This document shows positions 38,462 to 49,766 of a stretch of 64,000 nucleotides of DNA, one piece after another. A program made the translations under genes and the position numbers. The stretch covers positions 5,768,001 to 5,832,000 of the forward strand of contig NC_058383.1 in assembly GCF_018350175.1 (NCBI RefSeq), given 5' to 3'. The notes beneath the pieces are model-generated. The model did not search any database and was not told the DNA's origin. It was given only the letters and a program-made list of their open reading frames with translations. This DNA is from Felis catus. Its lineage: Eukaryota. Position 1 is the stretch's first letter. Every line of letters begins with the position of its first letter.

Positions 38462-39289
38462 CTGGGGCCCCCCTGTGGCTCCCAAGCCACCATTTGGAGA
38501 AAACGACTTTGGAAGAAGTGGGGCAGGCTGCTGGCATTTGGGCCCACACTCAAATCTCAGGTCTCAGTGACCTGATTCTTTCCAACCCGGTTTGGCCCAG
38601 CTTTCCATGCCATGCCCCTCTCCCCTCTCTGCCTTTTGAAGACATTGTTCCTGGCCTGACTTTGCAATGAGATACTGGGAGCTTTACACACGTGGCATCG
38701 ACAGAAGCTGCCACAGGGAACTGAGATGCCCCTTCGCTGACATTCCTTGTGTCAGACGCTCTGATTCATCTGCAGGGTTTCATCTAGCTTAGTCCTCCAG
38801 TGACTGGGTCCCTCCTGAAGCCAGATTCTTGCCTGGTTGGGTGGGTCAAGGTATGACTCACCTTAACCAGCAGCTCACCCTTGAGTCACATGGATCAGGA
38901 CACCCGGACGGATGTGACATCATCAGTAAACACAGACAGATAAGGAGGCAGCTCTGTTTGCCTTGGAGAGAAATGCCACCAGCCTGGCTGGGCCTCTGCG
39001 GAGTGGGTGAAGGACACCAAGTCCATGAGTGTTAACTCTGTGCAATGACTTATCTGTGGAGACACCGAGAATCTCGGGGCAGGGAAAGTCCTCAGGGGTC
39101 ATCTGTCACTTTGCTACAGTAAAGGGTTACTCTGTTGTTATTTCAAAGTCTAACCGGATAATCTTCTCATATTCTGCTCTCCAGTCCATGCATGGTCTCA
39201 GCTAAAAGATGGTGGGCCCCTTGAAGGCAGGGTCAGCCCCTAGTTCTGTGCCTCCCTCCATCACTCAAGAGAGATCTTTTGTCTCTCTC

Positions 39290-39495
39290 TCTTTTTTTTT
39301 TTTTATAGAGAGAGGGGGGCAGGGGAGAGGAAGAGGCAGAGAGAGAGGGAGACAGAGGATCTTAAGCAGGCTCCACGTGGAGCCCAATATAGTGGGGCTC
39401 GATGATGTGCGGCTCGATCCCACAACCCTGGGATCATGACCTGAGCTGAATTCAAGAGTCGGACGCTTAACCAACTGAGCCTCCCAGGCACCCCA
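39290..39495 (-). mobile_element. Carnivore SINE (older subtype)
   Basis: SINEC head and body. Confidence 0.9.
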
Positions 39496-39588
39496 TGAAG
39501 AAAGAATTTGAATCAGTCTCCTTCCCCATCTAAATGAAGAGTCCCCTTTGGAGCTGAAATTTGCCATTTTCTCCAGGGTCATACAATT

Positions 39589-39811
39589 TTTTTTAATTAA
39601 AAAAATTTTTTTTAATGTTTATTTATTTTGAGGGAGAGAGAGAGTACAAGCAAGGGAAGGGCAGGGAGAGAAGGAGACACAGAATCTGAAGCAGGCTCCA
39701 GGCTCTGAGCTGTCAGCACAGAGTCTGACTTGGGGCTCGAACGCATGAACTGTGAGATCATGACCTGAGTCGATGTCAGACTCTTAACCAACTGAGCCAT
39801 CCAGGTGCCCA
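39589..39811 (-). mobile_element. Carnivore SINE
   Basis: Degenerate TSD AGGGTCATRCA. Confidence 0.95.
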
Positions 39812-39878
39812 AGGGTCATGCATTTGTTGGTTATGGTATGCTGCCGGACCCAGGCTCTGGCTCAGCCTGGTCACCTGG
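39775..39878 (-). repeat. Right copy of the inverted duplication (flank plus SINE head)
   Basis: Shared cores ACCAGGCTGAGCCAGAGCCT and GCATACCATAACCAACA. Confidence 0.9.
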
Positions 39879-40384
39879 CTGGTGCAGCAGGCAGGGGCCC
39901 TTTGACCCTCCGGGGCTCTCCTAAGACCAGGCTGATGAGGCACAGGATCCGTAACATGCCCTGGGAGCACTACCGAAGCCTGAGATGGATAGAAAGATCG
40001 GGAAAACCGATCCTGTCTATATTTGAGCATTTGCTATTTTGTTCATCATAGATCCTTTTTGCATTAGATTTTCTAAAACATTGCAGGAAGATAACTTGAT
40101 TACTGAATTGTTTGGCATTCCCTTAAGTTTTGTGCTGAGTCAATTTCCTCCCTCACTTCTCTTGCCCAGTCCTGTCCCTGTGAACCAGAGAGATACGGGT
40201 GGACAGAAAGATTGTCCCAGGAAACCTACCCCTATAGTTCCCCTCTGCTCTGCAGGGAAGGCAAAAGGCCTGTCTTGCTCTACGGTTTGCAGAGACTTGG
40301 AGCCCCTTAAACCTTCCCGGCCAGCTGCTGCCTGGGACCCAGGAGGGCCAGAGGTGTGCCAGCTGTCTGGACTGCCCGCTGTGC

Positions 40385-40398
40385 CCACTAGATGGCGC
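40385..40398 (+). promoter_or_regulatory. Candidate CTCF binding site
   Basis: CCACTAGATGGCGC fits the CTCF core CCASYAGRKGGCRS; local CpGs are retained. Confidence 0.7.
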
Positions 40399-40775
40399 GC
40401 TGGCTGTGCAGGTGAGCGAGGCACACCCTTCCTTGGCCAGCTCAGCTCTCCTAAGTGAGTGCTTGCCAGTGTAGAGAGCACCTGCCAGGTTGATCCCCAC
40501 TGCAAGCCCAATGTATAGGTGAGGATCCTGAGGAAGCGAGGTGAAGTGACTCACCTGCTAGCCTTTAGTCCCTAATTAATACCAGCTGTGGGTTCTGGCC
40601 TTCAACCTGACCTGCCCAAACTTCCCTTCTTCCTGAATCAGTTGTTCTTGATCTGTTTTAGAGGTATCTTTTGACAACCTGGTGCAAACTATAGGGACCC
40701 TCCTTGGAAAAAGTTTGAAAGTAATTTCATAGTCTTCTAGAACAGCACAGAAATAGATTAAGAACCTCTTTTCTA

Positions 40776-40950
40776 GGGGCGCCAGGGTGGCCCCGTCAGT
40801 TAAGCGCTTGACTCGATTTCGGTTCACGTCGTGATCTCACGGTTCGGGAGTTTGAGCCCCGCTTTGGGCTCCGCACTGACAGCACGGAGCCTGCTTGGGA
40901 TTCTCTCTCCCCCTCTGTCTGCCCCTCTTCCCCACATGCTCTTTCTCTCA
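40776..40950 (+). mobile_element. Carnivore SINE
   Basis: SINEC structure. Confidence 0.9.
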
Positions 40951-40989
40951 AAATAAGCAAAGACACTTTAAAGTTGAGGCGACTGGGTA

Positions 40990-41376
40990 CTGCAGGTGAG
41001 TATTATTGGTGGCTCATGTGTGGCAGTGACAGCAGAGGTGGTGAGAAGATGGTCAGATTCTGGATGTACTTTGAAGGTGGAACCATGAGATTTCCTGACG
41101 GATCAGATGAGGGATGGGAGGGATTCAAGGCTTTTGGCATCCTCAAATAGGAGGATGGAATTGCCATCAATGAAGGGTGGGAGGTTGTAGATGCAGCCAG
41201 TTTTGGGGGGAAGAGTTGGAGTTTTGGTCATGTTAAATTTAAAATGTCCATTAGGGGCTCCTGGGTGACTCAGATGATTAAGAATACGACTCTCGATTTC
41301 AGCTCAGGTCATGATCTCACAGTCATGAGACCAAGCCCGTGTCAGTCTCTGTGCTATGTGTGGAGCCTGCTTGGGA

Positions 41377-41431
<55 letters not shown>

Positions 41432-41585
41432 CCACCCCCTCTCTGTCTCTCTTAAAAGAAACAAACATTAACAAAAATGATAAAATGTCCATTAGACTCC
41501 AAGCGAAGATGTATGGGAGGCACTGAATATATAAGCCAGGAGCTAGGAGAGTATAAATTTGAGAAGAGTTGATGTATCAACAGTT
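40990..41585 (-). mobile_element. L2 fragment interrupted by a SINE
   Basis: gaagatggtcagattctggatgtactttgaaggtggaacc and gatggaattgccatcaatga. Confidence 0.8.
41254..41480 (+). mobile_element. Carnivore SINE with a long perfect (CT)n tract
   Basis: TSD TAAAATGTCCATTAG; (CT)n at about 41382-41429. Confidence 0.95.
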
Positions 41586-41626
41586 TAATGTCTCAAAACA
41601 CTTTGGTTGGTTATAAAGAGAGACTT

Positions 41627-41820
41627 AATTTTTTTTAAATGTTTATTTATCTTTGAGAGACAGAGAGAGGCAGAAAGAGAGGAAGATACAGAATCTGAAG
41701 CAGGCTCCAGGCTCTGTGCTATCAGCACAGAGCCTGACACGGGGCTTGAACCCATGAACCGTGAGATCATGACCTGAGCTGAAGTCGGACACTTAACCGA
41801 CTGAGCCACACAGATGTCCC
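41627..41820 (-). mobile_element. Carnivore SINE
   Basis: TSD AAAGAGAGACTT. Confidence 0.93.
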
Positions 41821-42017
41821 AAAGAGAGACTTTTAAGTGTAGTGTTATGTACACACAGGGCTGATTCTAAGGACTTTAGATGAGAATTATGGAAAACGAT
41901 GTGGCTAGCTTACCTTTGATGGTGTCAGAGGAGTTTTGTTCTCTTTGCTCTAGGAACGTCAAGGGCGTAATCCATTATATCATGCAAAGCTCCCTCCATC
42001 CTAATCAGTTTCACCTT

Positions 42018-42146
42018 GGGTGCCCAGCTGGCTCAGACAGAGGAGGGTGTGACTCTTGATCTCAGGGTTGTGAGTTTGAGCCCCATGCTAGGTGTCGAGA
42101 TTCCTGTTTTTAAGGAATAAATAAAATAAATAAAACTTAAAAAAAA
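42018..42146 (+). mobile_element. Short tRNA-like old carnivore SINE with an A tail
   Basis: gtgactcttgatctcagggttgtgagtttgagcccc followed by (TAAAA)n. Confidence 0.8.
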
Positions 42147-42431
42147 GTTCTCATCAAAATAAAAGAATTGTACTGTGTGGCAATGGATGTTACTGATGAA
42201 TCTCATCTTTTGCTAAATCCTGGGAAAAGCTCTGTTTTCCCTGAGGAAATGAACATGCTTCCTTTTCCCCAAAAATGAAAATGATGAAAAGGTTGTGCAG
42301 CGTCTTTTTTCTCTTTAGCTGCCAGGGAGCTCAGAGTCAAATTAGAAACTCAACTATAGTCCATTAACCACTTGGGTCTGGAGGACCTGCATATTTGTGT
42401 TTTTACTTTCCCCCACATTGACTTCCTACTT

Positions 42432-42646
42432 TTAATTTTTTTTAAACATTTATTCATTTTTGAGAGACGGAGAGAGACAGAGCATGAGTGGGGGAGGGAC
42501 AGAGAGAGAGGGAAACGGAATCCGAAGCAGGCTCCAGGCTCTGAGCTGTCAGCACAGAGCTGATGCGGGGCTTGAACCCACAGACCATGAGATCATGCCC
42601 TGAGCTAAAGTCGGGCGCCCAACTGACTGAGCCACCCAGGCACCCC
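42432..42646 (-). mobile_element. Carnivore SINE
   Basis: TSD TTGACTTCCTACTTTTAAT. Confidence 0.95.
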
Positions 42647-42791
42647 TTGACTTCCTACTTTTAATGTCCAGTGTTAGTTTAAAAATTTTTATTTTATCCT
42701 ATGTGTTCTTTCTAGGGTTGTCTCACATCTATATGGAATGAGGGGGAGTGTAGAATAAGGAAATAAACACAATTGAATAAGGTTACTTTTT

Positions 42792-43011
42792 TTTTTAATT
42801 TTTTTTTTCAACGTTTATTTATTTTTGGGACAGAGAGAGACAGAGCATGAACGGGGGAGGGGCAGAGAGAGAGGGAGACACAGAATCGGAAACAGGCTCC
42901 AGGCTCTGAGCCATCAGCCCAGAGCCTGACGCGGGGCTCGAACCCACGGACCGCGAGATCGTGACCTGGCTGAAGTCGGACACCCAACCGACTGCGCCAC
43001 CCAGGCGCCCC
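42792..43011 (-). mobile_element. Young felid SINE (CpGs intact)
   Basis: TSD AAGGTTACTTTTT; nearly identical to the copy at 44598-44828. Confidence 0.95.
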
Positions 43012-43656
43012 AAGGTTACTTTTTAATAACAATACGACTCATTTAGAAGTAAAAGCTATTGAAAATCTGTCTCTAAGGTAATTTTCTATATGCAGAATTG
43101 TATATTTCAGCTGGCTTTCATTATAACATTGAAAACGTGTTCCTTAAGGAAAAAGAATGCTCGTCCCAGAATGTTATAAACATCACTTTAAAATTACAGC
43201 AAATAGATACCTTCACATCTTTTAAAGAAAACAAGCAAGTTATTATAAGATATTAAGACCAATATGCAAAATAAGTCACAAAATACAAATGCAAAAAAAA
43301 AAAAACCCCTGGAGTTGCTTTTATGTTTCTTTTCAATAATTTAAAGGTTGCAAGAAAAGGAGGTGCGTTTTCCTCACAGGACACACTGTTCCTTGAGACT
43401 CCACAGCCCCTGTTTTCTGGAATCTGCTGAAGTAGAGATTCTCAAACCTCAGTCAGCTTCATATGCTTTCACATACCTACAAACATCTGACTTTTTAGTC
43501 TGTCTGTATTGCTTCTTCAAATCAATTCCTTTTCTAAATTTATAGTCAAAGAGGAAACGGTTTAATATGTCAAAGGCGTAAATTCACGGGTTCCCTACTG
43601 TCTTTAGGCACGTTAAAATCAATTCATAAATGTGAAAATTAAAAATTATATGGCGT

Positions 43657-43868
43657 GGGGGCACCTGGGTGGCTCGGTTAAGCGTCCGACTTCAGCTCAG
43701 GTCATGATGTTGCCGTTCATGGGTTCGAGCCCCGCGTCGGGCTCCGTGCTGACAGCTCAGAGCCTGGAGCCTGCTTCGGATTCTGTGTCTCCCTCTCTCT
43801 CTGCCCATTGCCTGCTTGTGCTCTGTCTCTGTCTCTCTCTCAAAAATAAACATTAAAAAAATTAAAAC
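43657..43868 (+). mobile_element. Carnivore SINE
   Basis: TSD AAAATTATATGGCGTG. Confidence 0.95.
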
Positions 43869-44194
43869 AAAATTATATGGCGTGTTGCCCTAAAAGCACC
43901 TCCTAAAAGTGTGTGGGGGGTTCTGTCCTGGAGGGTAGCTTCATCCAGGCTGCCCTCAGACTTTGGAAGTAGTAGTGGGTCTTAAAAATGGCCAGATAAA
44001 CTCAGCTGGAGGGAAGAGGGGCCCTGGCATCAGCTGAGGCACTCATAAAAATGATTCAACCAGGAGAGAGGAGGACTTCTCCCCATTAAAGAGAAAATGA
44101 TGTGAAATGGGGGCACTTTTGCTGAAACACACAAAAATAAGTCCTTAGAGTGACTGCTGAATACAGACCTCGGGGAAGATCTTAAGAAAGCCAG

Positions 44195-44363
44195 CTCGGT
44201 TAAGCATCTGACTTCGGTTCAGGTCATGATCTCATGGTTTGTGAGTTCAAGCACCACATCAGCCTCTCTGGTCTCAGGACAGAGCCCACTCTGGATCCTC
44301 TGTCTCCCCCTCTCCCACTCACAGGCAAGGCCTCTCAAAAAATAAACATTAAAAAAAAGAAAC
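44195..44363 (+). mobile_element. 5'-truncated carnivore SINE
   Basis: TSD AAAGCCAGCT. Confidence 0.88.
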
Positions 44364-44523
44364 AAAGCCAGCTTGGGATGAGGACACCCCCTGTAATGGG
44401 CCACCATCAGTATTTCATGCCCCGCCCCCAGCTCTTAGTTGTCATGACACTCACCCATTTTGGCCAGCTGTAGAAATGACACCCTTGGTTTCCAATAATA
44501 TATCTTACACCTGGCTTTCAGAA

Positions 44524-44940
44524 CAGTGGTTCTTAAGTGTGGTCCCTGGGCCAGCAGCATCATTGTTACCTGGGAACTTGTTAGAAATCAGATTCTTTTT
44601 TTTTTTTTTTTAATTTTTTTTTCAACGTTTATTTATTTTTGGGGGGACAGAGAGAGACAGAGCATGAACGGGGGAGGGGCAGAGAGAGAGGGAGACACAG
44701 AATCGGAAACAGGCTCCAGGCTCTGAGCCATCAGCCCAGAGCCTGACGCGGGGCTCGAACTCACGGACCGCGAGATCGTGACCTGGCCGAAGTCGGACGC
44801 TTAACCGACTGCGCCACCCAGGCGCCCCTAGAAATCAGATTCTTGGGCCCCACCCCAGTCCGATGGGATCTACCCAGCCCTCCAGGGATTCTGATGGATG
44901 CTGAAGTTTGAGAACAACTAGTGGCCCCTGTTTGCACAGT
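44524..44940. mobile_element. MER5A-like hAT-Charlie MITE, interrupted by a young SINE
   Basis: cagtggttcttaagtgtggtccc...gggaacttgttagaaat...gtttgagaacaacta. Confidence 0.85.
44598..44828 (-). mobile_element. Young felid SINE inside MER5A
   Basis: Perfect 16-bp TSD TAGAAATCAGATTCTT at 44582-44597 and 44829-44844. Confidence 0.96.
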
Positions 44941-45139
44941 AAACAGAGGGCTATCAGCAAGGAGACCTGAATTCTAGTCTGCATCTATAGCCAATTAACT
45001 GTGACCTAACACCCCCCGCCCCCCAGAAAATCAGTTTCAGCCTCAGTTTTCTCATTTGTAACGCAGAGAAGATGTTCCTAGCCCTGCTGGCCCATTAGAA
45101 TCACCTGGGCCACTTTGGAAATTTCGGTGCTACTGTGCC

Positions 45140-45610
45140 AAGGAGTCTGTACCTTATAATTCTATTTATGGTGGGTTCTAGAACAGGCAAACACTAATCT
45201 ATGATGGGAGCAATCAGAACATGCCTGGGATAGAGGAGTGGTAGGTTCACGGGGAAGAGGCAGGAGGGACCTTTCTGGGGTGATGCTACTGTTCTGTCCT
45301 GATGGGAATATGGGTTACAGAGGTGTATGTATTTGTCAAAGTCGGTTGAATGGTACCCTTGAGGTTGTGATTTTATGAATATTTTGCCTCAAAGCGTGGG
45401 GGGGGGGGAACAGACTGGAAACAAATATTGGTGTCTAGTTAATGACATTTGTGCTGAAGTATTTACGGGTGAAATGTACTGACCTCACAACCCATTGTGA
45501 AATGCATCAAAAAATAAGACGGCTTGTTGGATGGACAGAGGAACGGAGGGTCAGTAAAATTCTTCTGATCTTCCATTAAGTTTGAAAATACATATTTGTA
45601 AGAAAATGTT
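45140..45610 (+). mobile_element. LINE-1 3' UTR fragment (L1MC/ME-like)
   Basis: aacaggcaaacactaatctatg...ctttctggggtgatg...gtatttgtcaaa. Confidence 0.75.
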
Positions 45611-45729
45611 GGAGGGAAATTCCGATGCTGGTGCCCCACACTCACGTGTATTCAATCAAGAGCTTTCCTAAATGAAAACTCCTACCATCGGAGGGCGATA
45701 CATTTTCTTTCTCAAGGGTAACAGGTTTT

Positions 45730-45960
45730 TAAAAATTTTTTAAATGTTTTATTTATTTTCGAGAGAGAGAGAGAGAGAGACAGAAAGAGTGTGTGCAAGC
45801 TGGGGAGGGGCACAGAGAGAGGGAGACACAGAATCGGAAACGGGCTCCAGGCTCTGAGCTGTCAGCACAGAGCCCGATGCAGGGCTCGAACTCACGAACC
45901 CTGAGATCATGACCTGACACGAAGTCAGACGCCCAACTGATTGAGGCACCCAGGCGCCCC
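45730..45960 (-). mobile_element. Carnivore SINE
   Basis: TSD TCAAGGGTAACAGGTTTT. Confidence 0.95.
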
Positions 45961-46039
45961 TCAAGGGTAACAGGTTTTAAGCCACTCGTGTACAGATAAT
46001 ACACCGGGCAGAAGAGACACATTCGGAGATTGGGGGATT

Positions 46040-47420
46040 CTTGGGTTTTATTCTGGACAGTGAATTTATTGGGCTGGAATCTTCCCACAGGTAACAAATG
46101 GGAAAGGAATGGGTTGTGCACCTGGGCCTTGTTGTTAGCACTGCCCCACTCCCTCAGCTGCAGGCACTTGGGGACCCGTTGCCTCGGGGTCTCCAGCTGC
46201 AAGTTTGGGGATGCTCTCTGTAGAACTTCTTGCCTCAGCCACCAGGGGGAGCTGTCACCCCAGCAGTTGCCTGAAGCTCCGGCAATATTCAAACCCAGGG
46301 CTTGGCGTGATTATGTGTGTGGGGGTGTGGGTGGAGGGTCCTGGAGGGCTAGTCCCATCATGCTTTGCTTCCCCTGTTAATTCGGCCACCTGCAAGGGAC
46401 CAAGCCCCGTGGCGCCGCAGACCCTCCTTCCAGACCTGTGGCTTCTCTAATCTGACTCAAGGCATGTTCTCGTCTCTGTCCCGCTCACCTTTCCCGGCTA
46501 GACTGATGTCGCCATGTGCAGCCAGCAGACTCCCCGAGCCTCGGGCCTCGACCTCTTCTGGGAAGGTTCTCCTCGCTCTTACCAGGTTCGCTGCTTCCCC
46601 TGCTGCCCTCCACGGGAGGGGGTGGAGGGGTGGGAGGTGGGGTAGGCTTTCTTCTCTGACGCTCCGCAACCCCCCAAATCTAAGGTTGGGGTCAGCCTCC
46701 TCCATGCTTGCCAAGGTCGCTTCTAAGACGTGTCTCTTCCCTTCTTGTTCTAGACCCAGCCGTATCACCTGCCGCCCTTCCCGGTGGCTGCCGTCCGCTG
46801 GCCGTGTGGTCACCGAAGAGCTCCGCTCCTGCTGTTTCCTCCCTGCTCCACCTGCTCTCTTCCCGACGGCCCTACAGATGGCCATACTCCTCCGTGGCTT
46901 CTCTCTACCTCCACTTGCTCACCTCCAGCGATCTCCGCCAACACGCTGCGATCAGGGACCCTGCCCCCTTGTGGGAGGAAGGCTTCGAGCAACCTCACCG
47001 TCCCGGCACCTGCCCAGGCAGCTCCTCCGGGCCGTCCAGGGCTCGCGTCACAGTCTCCCTGAAACACTCCGTCCTCATTCTTGCTCCTGTGTGATCACCG
47101 CCCTCGCCCTCAGCTGTCTTCTGCTCTTGCACCTGCACCTGCCCCCCCTCCCCAACCCAGCTTCCCCCAGGGGGCCGGGGGAGGGGGAGGAAGCACTCGA
47201 TCAGTGAGACTCCTTCCATTGTAAATTCATGCTCACGGACCTAGGGGTGCTCCCGGCAGCCCCACTCTCTCCCACTCTACTCCCACTCTCTGCACAGACG
47301 ACTTCATACCTCCTCTCCTCTTCTCCCCGAGCCGCCCTCGCTCCCGCCCTCCCTCCCTTCTGCTCTGTGGAGCCACATCTGACTTCATCGAGAGATTCCA
47401 AGCCAGCAGAGTGAGCTCCC
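46040..47420 (-). mobile_element. Highly diverged, GC-rich L1 ORF1/HAL1-like relic
   Basis: Minus-strand peptides appear in L1 ORF1p order: LEATLASMEEADPNLRFGGLRSVREE, GEAANLVRARRTFPE, HNPFLSHLL. Stops and frameshifts are present. Confidence 0.5.
46239..46252 (+). promoter_or_regulatory. Candidate CTCF binding site
   Basis: CCACCAGGGGGAGC, one base from the best-known core CCACCAGGGGGCGC. Confidence 0.65.
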
Positions 47421-49575
47421 TACCTGCCCCCGCCTGCACCTCTCTGCATTCCTGCTGTCGAGGTGGAAGAATCGTGCCTTCTCCCTTCTGGCTGTGAAGC
47501 TAGCTGCCCCCCCTCCCCAGCTCGGGTTCCCATCCCTTCTAGCTTGTCACTCTTACAGGCACCCCCATTTTCTCAACAACAGGAGGCTTCCACTGGAGGG
47601 TGAGCTGGCTCATTAGTCAGGGACCCAATGTCACTCAGCTTTCCCTAAAGAGAAATGTTTCTAATTGTCACCTGGCTAAGGATGGTGTGGGACTTGGCGG
47701 AGGAAAGGTCTACTCTTGGTACACAGTCTCTCAGGTGATCCCTGGTCTACCATCGGTCCGTGTACATCCTCTTCGAGGCGGCTTCCTGGAATTACTGAGT
47801 TCTGACACAGAACAGCATCTCGAAACCCTCCCAGCCGTGTCCTCACCCAACCATCAGCCTGGGTCGATCATTCCCACCACTGGCAGGTGAAAAAGGGACA
47901 CCTCTGCGTCCGTGGAGGATGCACCTGAGATGGCACACCCAGGGCACCTGGCACACAGAAGATGCTCGCTGTGCCAGGACAGTCCGCGCCGGTCCCTAAG
48001 AGAGTGCGTCCCAGGATGCTCCTCGCACTGGCATTTACGCACGAGGAGGGAGATGCCCCAGATGCAAGGTGGTCAGAAACACACCTCAGGATGTTGTGCA
48101 GCACTCAGGGGTGATGGGTTGGACGTACACACAGCAGGATCTCCAAGCCTCGTGTCGCCTAAAAACAGGAAGGACCAGAAGGTCCATCACCATGGGCAAC
48201 AACACAGGTGTTTCTGCACGCCCGTGAATAAAAGTGCATATGTGGAACCCACCAGGAGGTTGTCCGTGGAAGGGGTGAGGCGGGGCTCACAGACAGACAG
48301 ATAGAAGTGGGGTCTTGCGTGGGGCTGTGCTGATGGGGGTCGGGAGCCTGGACTGAGACATGTGATGATGCCCTCCGTCGTGAGCCGGTTCACCTGCCCC
48401 TGCCCTTCCGGTCTAACTCAGCAAGGTGACCTCCCTGCACCTTCCGCTCTGGCATGCCCCTGCATAGACCCACTGCAGGTGCAGCCTACAGGCCGGGCTT
48501 TCCTGGGTCTCACGGCGTCTAGGAAACAAGGTTCTGTTGGTAAAATCAGAGAGGCCACTCTGTACTGGGACCATACCTGAGAAAGAAAAAGTGAGAAAGA
48601 AAAAGCCTCCAGCACGCTGGGGACTATGTGGGAACAGAGTGTGGGTATGGGACCATACCCTCGAGTCCCCCGGGGTCTAGCTGGCCTCGCCTTGGGGAGC
48701 CATGTAGGCTTGTGTGGAACAGCGAGGGTGAGGACACCTTAAGGAGAAGGGTATTGGCCCACCTGCCTGTGATATGGGGCTGCGAAGGCTGGTTTCCTGG
48801 AGTCCCAGAGGTAGTGAGTCGGAACTTTCTGGAGACCGGGGATGTCCTTATTCCTCTCGTTTGCAGTTTTGTGGTCTCAGGCCAACGGGCTTCCCAGGAA
48901 TGGTATGGCTGGTTCCAAGCTACCAGCGTGGTGTCGCTGAGCAAGGAGCTGGGATTAGACACTCACAGGCGGCTCTTGGAAGTCCTGTGGGGCCACCGTC
49001 CACTGTCCGTGACCTGCTGGAGATGGCAGGAGGGCACAGAGCCCCTGTGGGGGAGCGAGGGGAAGGCTCCACCTGTCAGGAGTTGAGGACCTCTCCGTTT
49101 CGGGGCGGAGTGACTCTCATTTAAGCTAGGCCTGAGGAAAATGTTAATGAGAAAGCTGTCATCCTGGGGCCTCATGAGGAAAATTGAGGTTTTTTTGTAC
49201 TTTCATGCAGCGATCCACCAGGACGGGACATTCTCATTAGAATGCAGGTGATTCAGGACAGACTCGGGTTTGCAGGTGAGAACTCTTGTGTCCAGAACCA
49301 TGGGCCACGTGTCAGACCTTCTCACGGAGTAAATCAGAAACCTGGGACAGCATTGTCATTTTTACACCAACGAAGCTCAAGTGGTTCCCTCTGTAGAAAC
49401 TTCCAGTTAAAAAAGAGGGCAAACATCTGATCTCCAAGTAGGAATTCCCTGTTTCTTGCAGTTGAATTAATTGCTTCTCACCTTGTAATGTTTACAGAAT
49501 AGTGATGGCACGTTGAGGGGAAAGGGGAACAAAATCTCTTGAAAAGGAGGAGTTTTCAGGCACAAAAAGGAAACT

Positions 49576-49766
49576 ATATTAGTCAGGTTCTCCAGAAAAA
49601 CAGAACAGGTAGGCGATATCTGTATCTATATCCCTATCCCTATCTATATATCTGTATACCTATACCTATACCTATACCTATACCTATACCTATATCTATA
49701 TCTATATCTGTATCTATAATCTCACCTGTGATCCAGTCAGGTTAATACATAAAGTTAACCATCACA
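49576..49766 (-). mobile_element. Internally deleted MLT2 LTR: both termini joined by a microsatellite
   Basis: tattagtcaggttctccagaaaaacagaac at the left end and cagtcaggttaatacataaagttaaccatcaca at the right end. Confidence 0.8.
49617..49716. repeat. Compound hexamer microsatellite (TATACC)n/(TATATC)n
   Basis: Read directly; source of the YPYP/IPIP pseudo-ORF. Confidence 0.9.

Noticed and set aside
42018..42100. tRNA-like sequence as a tRNA gene
   Set aside because: Diverged SINE head with an A-rich tail; no intact cloverleaf.
46365..47207. 280-aa plus-strand ORF
   Set aside because: Low-complexity Pro/Leu/Ser/Arg product with no recognisable domain and a non-ATG start; best explained as the antisense shadow of the GC-rich relic.
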